From positions 5,527 to 69,526 of the forward strand of contig JAKPAM010000162.1 in assembly GCA_029779435.1 (NCBI GenBank): 64,000 nucleotides of DNA. The letters run 5' to 3'. Position 1 is the stretch's first letter. Each line of letters opens with the position of its first letter. Below, piece by piece: positions 56,666 to 64,000 of this stretch. The notes under the pieces are model-generated. The model had not been told where the DNA came from and made no database searches. It worked only from the letters and a program-made list of their open reading frames with translations. A program made the translations under genes and the position numbers. This stretch comes from Pseudomonadota bacterium. Its GTDB lineage: Bacteria; Pseudomonadota; Gammaproteobacteria; Burkholderiales; Burkholderiaceae_E.

Positions 56666-57322
56666 ATGAGCATTCTGCTACTGGGCGCGACCGGGCGCAC
56701 GGGCCGGCATTTGGCCAAACGACTCCACGACGCCGGCCTGGGCCTGCGGGTATTGATCCGCGACCCGGCACGGCGACCGATCTTCGAAGCACTGGGCGCG
56801 CAGGCGCTGGTCATCGACCTGCGCGAGGATTTCTCTCGTGCGTTCGACGGCATCCACACGGTCATCTACGCGGCCGGCTCGGCCGATGGCGAAGGCGTCT
56901 GCGCCGAACGCGCGATCGACCGCGACGCGATCATCGCCGCGACCGACTACGCCCGGCAGTATCGCTGCCAGTGTTTCGTGCTGATCAGCACGCTGCTGGC
57001 GGCGGATCCATCGCGGGCCCCCGCATCGCTGCGGCACTACGCGCAGATGAAGCGCGAATCGGACGAGCAGGTGATCGGCAGCGGGCTCGACTACCTGGTC
57101 CTGCGCCCCGCCACGCTCACCGACGAGGCGGGCTGCGGTGCGATCGACCTGGTCGACGCCCCGTCGCCCGGCGCCGGCACGGTCTCGCGCGACGACGTCG
57201 CGCACGTGGCCGTCGCGGCCTGGCAGGCCGGCCTGCGCAACCGGGTGCTGGGTTTCCAGAAGGGCCATTCGGACATCACGAGCGTCATCGAGCGGCTCGC
57301 CCACGCGGCACCCGCGCATTGA
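56666..57322 (+). CDS. NAD(P)H-binding (atypical SDR / NmrA-like) protein
   Basis: Track ORF 56624..57322, with the start at M15 (MSILLLGATGRTGRHL Rossmann motif). Confidence 0.8.
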   Translation: MSILLLGATGRTGRHLAKRLHDAGLGLRVLIRDPARRPIFEALGAQALVIDLREDFSRAFDGIHTVIYAAGSADGEGVCAERAIDRDAIIAATDYARQYRCQCFVLISTLLAADPSRAPASLRHYAQMKRESDEQVIGSGLDYLVLRPATLTDEAGCGAIDLVDAPSPGAGTVSRDDVAHVAVAAWQAGLRNRVLGFQKGHSDITSVIERLAHAAPAH

Positions 57323-57486
57323 TCGGCCGGGACGCCGCCGACCCACCGAGGGCCGCGGCCCCCCTGACCGGACGCCCGGGCCGCGACTTCGCGGTACCCG
57401 CCATGCGGTGCTTCACCGTACCGGCCGTGCCGTGACCGCTCGCGACCGCCGCACAGACGTCCCACCACATTCGCGTGCGCGCCCTC

Positions 57487-57516
57487 CTTGAAAATCGGTG
57501 GTGATGTCCTTATCAT
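57487..57516 (+). promoter_or_regulatory. Candidate sigma-32 (RpoH) heat-shock promoter of groESL
   Basis: CTTGAAA (57487..57493), a 14-nt spacer, then CCTTATCAT (57508..57516), compared with the consensus CTTGAAA-N13-15-CCCCATnT. Confidence 0.5.
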
Positions 57517-57542
57517 CAGCACTCGCAAACGACGAGTGCTAA
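57516..57542 (+). promoter_or_regulatory. CIRCE (HrcA operator) inverted repeat
   Basis: TCAGCACTC-GCAAACGAC-GAGTGCTAA, compared with the consensus TTAGCACTC-N9-GAGTGCTAA. The match is 17/18 with exact 9-nt spacing. It starts at the last base of the putative -10 element. Confidence 0.75.
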
Positions 57543-57693
57543 CAACAACCCTCCGGCTGATCCAATCGGCTTGGACTTTCGGTCAGCGAAAGCCCCGGTC
57601 GTCATGCATCCCGTCGTTTATCGTCCCCGCCACGCCGTGCGTGGCCACGCTTTCGAAACCAGCAATAAATCAAATACTTAGGAGCTTCTTTTC

Positions 57694-57981
57694 ATGAAAC
57701 TTCGTCCCCTTCACGATCGCGTGATCATCAAGCGCCTGGACAACGAGCGCAAAACCTCGTCGGGTATCGTCATCCCGGACAGCGCCGCTGAGAAGCCGGA
57801 TCAAGGTGAAGTGCTGGCCGTTGGCAACGGCAAGATCCTCGAAGACGGCAAGGTCCGCGCGCTGGCGGTCAAGGTCGGCGACAAGGTGCTGTTCGGCAAA
57901 TACAGCGGCCAGGCCGTCAAGGTCGACGGCGACGAACTGCTGGTGATGCGCGAAGAAGACATCATGGCGGTCGTCGAGTAA
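57694..57981 (+). CDS. groES: Co-chaperonin GroES
   Basis: 95-aa [17 protein letters not shown]...[11 protein letters not shown]. Confidence 0.95.
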   Translation: MKLRPLHDRVIIKRLDNERKTSSGIVIPDSAAEKPDQGEVLAVGNGKILEDGKVRALAVKVGDKVLFGKYSGQAVKVDGDELLVMREEDIMAVVE

Positions 57982-58016
57982 TCACGCGCCAAGCATTCCT
58001 CATCCCATTCGTTTGA

Positions 58017-59714
<1,698 letters not shown>

Positions 59715-59769
59715 GCCCGGGCCTGCGCCGCGGCGGCCGGGAGAGCGCCGCGGTGAGATGGTTTTGAAG

Positions 59770-59797
59770 AAAGCCCCGCTTCGGCGGGGCTTTTTTT
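59770..59797 (+). terminator. Rho-independent terminator of groESL
   Basis: AAAGCCCCGC-TTCG-GCGGGGCTTT is a 10-bp perfect stem with a tetraloop. The T-run extends to 59797. Confidence 0.85.
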
Positions 59798-60028
59798 CGC
59801 CCTGCGCACATGCGTGAGTAGCGGGCGCATACGCTTGAATTCAGGCGTCGTCAGGTCGCGGCTATGGCTCTTTTCCCGCCAGCGGCTGTTGAGCGATCAG
59901 GTGTCCGCAGAACGGGTCCAGCAAGATCACCGCACGGCCGAAAGACTCGCACGACATCATCGGTGCAAGCCACCCGCGGTGCACGCCAGGACGGGACTCG
60001 CGCAGACGACGACACGCCCCGATTTCAC

Positions 60029-60057
60029 TTGAGATTCAAAATTAGCCAGACTAGACT
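60029..60057 (+). promoter_or_regulatory. Sigma-70-like promoter of the phd-vapC module
   Basis: TTGAGA (60029..60034), a 17-nt spacer, then TAGACT (60052..60057). GGAGA lies at 60072..60076 before the ATG at 60082. Confidence 0.45.
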
Positions 60058-60081
60058 AACCATGCTTTTCCGGAGAATGCG

Positions 60082-60330
60082 ATGCAAACCGTCAACATGC
60101 TGCAAGCCAAATCCTCGCTGTCCCGTTTGGTGGAAGCCATCGAACAAGGGCAAGCACGCGAAATCATCATTGCCCGCAATGGCCGCCCCGCCGCCAAGCT
60201 GGTGCCCATGGAGACGGTGCCGGTCGGGCAGCGCATCGGTGTCGCCAAGGGCAAGTTCGAGGTGCCTGACACCATCGATACGCACAATGACGAGGTGGCA
60301 CGGCTGTTCATGGGCGGAGCGCAGTCTTGA
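60082..60330 (+). CDS. Phd/YefM-family antitoxin
   Basis: 82-aa ORF with the N-terminus MQTVNMLQAKSSLSRLVEAIEQG...IIARNGRPAAKLVP, typical of Phd/YefM. Confidence 0.85.
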   Translation: MQTVNMLQAKSSLSRLVEAIEQGQAREIIIARNGRPAAKLVPMETVPVGQRIGVAKGKFEVPDTIDTHNDEVARLFMGGAQS

Positions 60331-60713
60331 ACCTGCTGCTGGATACGCACGTTGCGCTGTGGGCGATCACGGATAGTGCAAAGCTGCCGCGAAAATCACG
60401 AGAACTGATCCAGTCCTCGAAGACGACCGTCTGGATCAGCGCGGCGAGTATCTGGGAGATCGCCATCAAACATGCGTTGGGCCGGGGAGACATGCCCGTA
60501 TCGAGCCAGGATGCCGTGCGCTACTTCAATGAATCCGGATATCGCTTCCTGGCCATCGAGGTCGATCATGCGACCGCGGTCGAAGACCTCGCCCCGCACC
60601 ATCAGGATCCCTTTGACCGCATCCTCGTGGCCCAGGCGCTCGTCGAACCGATGCGACTGATGACCCATGACCCCAAGATCGCGTTGTACAGCGACACCAT
60701 CATCAAGATTTGA
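60327..60713 (+). CDS. vapC: PIN-domain toxin (VapC family)
   Basis: 128-aa ORF with a TTG start overlapping the phd stop codon. Segments LLLDTHVALW and HQDPFDRILVAQA are present. Confidence 0.85.
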   Translation: MNLLLDTHVALWAITDSAKLPRKSRELIQSSKTTVWISAASIWEIAIKHALGRGDMPVSSQDAVRYFNESGYRFLAIEVDHATAVEDLAPHHQDPFDRILVAQALVEPMRLMTHDPKIALYSDTIIKI

Positions 60714-60799
60714 TGGCCGCGCCCAACTTCATCAACGAATCCAACAACCAGCGACCAAGGCTGGCGCTGTTGTCCGGCATGATCGACCTGTGGAGCGCA

Positions 60800-61912
60800 T
60801 CAGCGCGAGGCGAGAAACTGCCCCATGCGCTGTAGTTCCTCGTCCAGCGCGCAGCGGAAGACTGCGCCCTTCGGCGCCGCGCCGGCCGCATAGCCGAACG
60901 CGGGCGCCAGCCGGCCTTCGCTCGCTGACACGTTGGCCCAGCCGATCACCCGGCCGCGCCAAAGCATCGGCAGCGCGTAGTAGCCGAATTGGCGCTGGGC
61001 GGGCGGTGTGTAGGCTTCGAATTTGTACGTCCAGTCCCAGAGCAGCGTGAAGCGGCGGCGGTCCCAGACCACAGGATCGAAGGGAGCGAGCAGGCGCAGC
61101 CGATCATCGACGGCATAGCGACGTGCGCGTGGGTTCTCGTCGGCGGGCCAGTACCAGGTGGTTCCGTCGATGCGGCAACTGCCCAGGTGCTCGCGGGCCA
61201 GCCGCAGCGCCGTCTGCGTTTGCGCCGTCAGATGCGGCGCGCCGTAGCCGAGTAGCCGCGTCAGGTAGGTCAGGCTGGCGGCCGGCAGGGGCGCGTACTT
61301 GCGCACCACCAGGTCGATCAAGGCGGCTGCGCGCCGGGCGCTTTCGGCTGGGCTGTCGTCCGCGGGCGAGTGCGTCGCCGCCGCGTAGACGCGCGTGCCG
61401 CTGTCGCGCCGCTTGACCCGCAGCAGGCTACGGTAGTGCATGCCGTCGAGCAACTGCGTGCTGGCGTTGCTCGAACCGCCCCAGTAGCTTTTCACGCGTC
61501 CGTGCGCGAAGTGCTGCTCGACCTCGCGCGGATGGACCGCGCCGTGTTCACGCACGAAGGCCAGCACGTCGGCGGCTTTGCGCTGTGTCTCGGCATCCCA
61601 GGCTCTCTTGGCTTGGCGCGGATGCATCAGCGCCAGGTGTTCGCTGGGCAGGAAGCCGTAGTTGACCAGGCAGTCTTCGTCGATCTTCAGGCGTGCGTAG
61701 CGGCGTTCCAGATCGCCGGCGCGGTAGTCCTTGACGCGGTGACGCAGCGTCAGGTCCTGCGCCCGCGCCGGAGCGCGGATGGGGTCCGCCTGCACGAAGC
61801 CCAGGCGCTGGATCGCAGCCGGCAGCGTGGTCGGCGTGAACAGCGTGCGCGCGACCGCATAGCGGCGCAGATCTTCGATGCTCGGTTCCGTCGGCATGTG
61901 GCATTGAAGCAC
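60800..61912 (-). CDS. Winged-helix DNA glycosylase-like protein (YcaQ/AlkZ, DUF1006 family)
   Basis: 370-aa ORF containing GFVQADPIRAPARAQDLTLRHRV, and the C-terminal FGYYALPMLWRGRVIGW is typical of the family. Confidence 0.75.
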   Translation of the reverse strand: MLQCHMPTEPSIEDLRRYAVARTLFTPTTLPAAIQRLGFVQADPIRAPARAQDLTLRHRVKDYRAGDLERRYARLKIDEDCLVNYGFLPSEHLALMHPRQAKRAWDAETQRKAADVLAFVREHGAVHPREVEQHFAHGRVKSYWGGSSNASTQLLDGMHYRSLLRVKRRDSGTRVYAAATHSPADDSPAESARRAAALIDLVVRKYAPLPAASLTYLTRLLGYGAPHLTAQTQTALRLAREHLGSCRIDGTTWYWPADENPRARRYAVDDRLRLLAPFDPVVWDRRRFTLLWDWTYKFEAYTPPAQRQFGYYALPMLWRGRVIGWANVSASEGRLAPAFGYAAGAAPKGAVFRCALDEELQRMGQFLASR

Positions 61913-61970
61913 AGGGAGCTATGGTGACGGCCCGCACCGATTCATTCCCGGATTTGCCGATCTGCACCGC

Positions 61971-62555
61971 ATGACGGCGATTCTCCTTGCCGAACGAGCG
62001 CAGGAAGATGCGCGCATAGTGGTGCTGGGCGCAGGCGGTGGCCTCGAATTGCGGAGCTTGGCGCAAGCGCATCCGGAGTGGACGTTCGTGGGCGTCGATC
62101 CTGCGGCCGCCATGCTGGACGAGGCAAGGCGTGTGCTCGGCCCTGACGCCGCGCGCGTCACTTTTTGCGAAGGCTATGTCGAAGATGCGCCCGAAGGCCC
62201 GTTCGATGCCGCCACCTGCCTTCTGACGCTGCATTTCCTCGATCCTGCCGAACGCACGCGCACGGCGCGGGAACTCCACCGCAGGCTCAAACCGGGCGCT
62301 CCCTTCGTGGTGGCGCATTACAGTTTTCCGCAAGGGGACGGCGCACGTGCCCAGTGGCTGTCACGCTATGGCGCGTTCGCACGCGCAGCGGGTGCCGATC
62401 CCGAACAGGTAGAAAAAATGTGCGCAGGGGTGACTGCTTACCTGCCGATGCTCGATCCCGAGCAGGACGAGGCGATCCTGCGCGAGGCGGGCTTCTCGGA
62501 CGTCGCCTTGTTCTATGCGGGATTCACTTGGCGCGGATGGGTCGGCTACGCCTGA
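61971..62555 (+). CDS. Class-I SAM-dependent methyltransferase (CmoA-like fold), apparently 5'-truncated
   Basis: 194-aa ORF. Motif I (VVLGAGGGLE) starts only 17 aa from the ATG. Homologous-looking sequence (RFIPGFADLHR) continues in frame upstream of the ATG to a stop codon at 61905..61907. Confidence 0.65.
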   Translation: MTAILLAERAQEDARIVVLGAGGGLELRSLAQAHPEWTFVGVDPAAAMLDEARRVLGPDAARVTFCEGYVEDAPEGPFDAATCLLTLHFLDPAERTRTARELHRRLKPGAPFVVAHYSFPQGDGARAQWLSRYGAFARAAGADPEQVEKMCAGVTAYLPMLDPEQDEAILREAGFSDVALFYAGFTWRGWVGYA

Positions 62556-62601
62556 TTACACTGCGGCAGATGCGGCTCAACCAGCCTCGTGTCCTCACCG
62601 T

Positions 62602-62952
62602 TTACTTTGCAATCCCAAGGAACAGCGCCAGACACCGTTCCACTTCGACCAGCGCATCGGCACCGAGCCGCCCGAAGGTGGCGCCAACCTTTTCGCGCTC
62701 AACCGTCATGATCTTGTCGATCATCACTTGCGACGGCTTCTGCAGGTTGTTCTCCGCGTCCGGCTGAACCTTGATCCGCAGAAGCGGTGCCGCGACCAGC
62801 GTACTGGTCACGGGCAAGATCGTGACGGTCGTGCTTTCACTGAAATGGTTGGCCTGGATCACCAGCGCCGGCCGCGGTCTGCCCCAGTCCAGCGCCGGCA
62901 ACACTACGAGCGTGTGACCTTCGATCAGGCCGATCGCGGTCGGTTGAAACAC
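62602..62952 (-). CDS. PemK/MazF-family toxin, no adjacent antitoxin gene
   Basis: 116-aa ORF with a GTG start. Segments GRPRPALVIQANHF, VTILPVTS, APLLRIKVQP and KPSQVMIDKIMTV are present. Confidence 0.75.
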   Translation of the reverse strand: MFQPTAIGLIEGHTLVVLPALDWGRPRPALVIQANHFSESTTVTILPVTSTLVAAPLLRIKVQPDAENNLQKPSQVMIDKIMTVEREKVGATFGRLGADALVEVERCLALFLGIAK

Positions 62953-62961
62953 CCGGCGGGG

Positions 62962-63738
62962 TCAGCGATGCTGCTTCATAAAGGGCGCCATATACCTGGC
63001 CGGCTCGCCGGTACTGAATGCCTTGGCGAACTCGTCGACTCCGTCGAGGATCGCCTCTTCCAGCGGCTGCTGTTGCCACTGCCGAAGCAGGCGCTTTTGC
63101 TGCCTCGCGACGTTCGGCCCGAAGCCGGCGAACTGCCTTGCCATCCGTGCAACTTCTTCGTCGAGTCGATCGAGCGGGACGACGGTATCCACCAAGGCCC
63201 ACGACAGCGCCTGGGCGGCATCGATGTTATCGCCGGTCATCAGCAACCAATTCGCACGCGCCTGTCCGATGAGTCGGGGCAGAAGGGCCGCATGAATGAT
63301 CGACGGGATGCCTACCTTGATCTCGGGCATCCCGAACTGCGCCCGGTTCGATGCGATCCGCAGATCACACGCGGCAGCGAGTTCCAGGCCACCCCCCAAG
63401 GCCCAGCCCGCCAGTCTGGCGATGACTGGCACCGGGCATTGCCGTACGGCCTCGCAAAGCCTTCGCAGGCCGTCGATGAAGATCTTGGCCGTTTCCGGAT
63501 TCAGCGCGCCCATCTCCTTGATGTCCGCGCCGGCGACGAAGGCCTTGTCGCCCGTGCCGCGAAGGATGATGACGCGAACCTCCTCGCGTTCCGACAGGCG
63601 TTCGATCGTCGTGCGCAGATCGTTGATGGCGGGCGACGCCAACAAGTTCAACGGGCCGGCGTTTCGTATCGTCACCGTCGCAATGCCGTCGCTGTCGACG
63701 ACAGCGTGGGCATGGTGGAGTTCGAGCGTTGTCGTCAT
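62962..63738 (-). CDS. Enoyl-CoA hydratase/isomerase (crotonase) family protein
   Basis: Track ORF 62962..63762. The start is preferred at M9 (MTTTLEL, 63738) because GAGGA lies 9 nt upstream. Motifs FVAGADIKEM and GWALGGGLELAAACD are present. Confidence 0.85.
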   Translation of the reverse strand: MTTTLELHHAHAVVDSDGIATVTIRNAGPLNLLASPAINDLRTTIERLSEREEVRVIILRGTGDKAFVAGADIKEMGALNPETAKIFIDGLRRLCEAVRQCPVPVIARLAGWALGGGLELAAACDLRIASNRAQFGMPEIKVGIPSIIHAALLPRLIGQARANWLLMTGDNIDAAQALSWALVDTVVPLDRLDEEVARMARQFAGFGPNVARQQKRLLRQWQQQPLEEAILDGVDEFAKAFSTGEPARYMAPFMKQHR

Positions 63739-63748
63739 GTTCAATTCC

Positions 63749-64000
63749 TCAGAGCTTTTCAAAACCGATTTCCTTCACGACCTTCTGCCAGCGATCGTTC
63801 TCGGTGACGATCAGCTCCGCAAAGGCTGCCCTCGACATCCCGCTGGGGATGGCCCCCTGCTTCTCGATGGCCCCCGTGTAGTCGGGTCGCGAGAGCCCTG
63901 CCCTGAGCGCTTCGTTCAACGTAGCCAGGATGGCCTGCGGGGTGTCGGCTGGCGCGCCGATACCGAACCACGAGGGCGTATTCATCGCGGGATAGCCCGC
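63749..64000 (-). CDS. Bug/TctC-family substrate-binding protein, C-terminal part only (gene runs off the right edge)
   Basis: The minus-strand frame is open to the window end. The tail WFGIGAPADTPQAILATLNEAL...ENDRWQKVVKEIGFEKL is typical of the Bug-family C-terminus. Confidence 0.8.
   Translation of the reverse strand, partial: AGYPAMNTPSWFGIGAPADTPQAILATLNEALRAGLSRPDYTGAIEKQGAIPSGMSRAAFAELIVTENDRWQKVVKEIGFEKL

Noticed and set aside
57488-57697. A 69-aa track ORF upstream of groES.
   Set aside because: It is built from the sigma-32 promoter, the CIRCE element and the groES leader. It starts at the TTG of the -35 element and has no RBS.
59864-60376. A 170-aa track ORF spanning the groEL-phd gap and overlapping the phd antitoxin gene. 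A 33-codon minus-strand ORF near 59880..59980 is also considered here.
   Set aside because: Neither has a family signature, and the composition is atypical. The long ORF overlaps the well-supported Phd/YefM gene in another frame. The region is better treated as non-coding or decayed DNA pending a homology search.

Overview
This is a 64-kb, high-GC (about two-thirds G+C by eye) chromosomal segment. Gene content and codon style fit a Burkholderiales genome, most like Burkholderia sensu lato; this is inference only, since no search was possible. About 65 protein genes are supportable. I saw no rRNA, tRNA, CRISPR array, transposase or integrase. Backbone content: (1) Two sulfate-assimilation blocks: sbp, a CysB-family regulator and cysTWA at 14.4-21.2 kb, and cysI-DUF934-cysH-cysD-cysN-cobA on the minus strand at 34.3-40.4 kb. 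(2) A GntR-linked FAD/Fe-S oxidase locus with Bug/TctC binding proteins, enoyl-CoA hydratases and family-III CoA-transferases. (3) feoAB, groESL, ubiD, dacB, msrB and several redox/stress genes. Unusual content: (1) An ArsR-divergent MFP-RND-DUF2892-TolC export operon in which every gene junction overlaps; this is my best candidate for an undescribed system. (2) A deletion remnant of an SQR-like flavoprotein that keeps an intact AT-rich promoter. (3) Two lower-GC VapC-type toxin-antitoxin modules. (4) A small islet downstream of groEL with Phd-VapC, a YcaQ/AlkZ-like glycosylase, a 5'-truncated methyltransferase and an orphan PemK/MazF toxin. (5) A catalytically degenerate EAL protein. (6) A 178-bp nested palindrome. 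(7) An unusual density of perfect tandem repeats, including (GCGGCT)17 between two convergent stop codons and in-frame 15-bp, 9-bp and 6-bp repeats inside genes. Most long track ORFs antisense to these genes are GC-driven shadow ORFs. CDS coordinates include the stop codon. Internal starts were placed by codon arithmetic from the ORF track.
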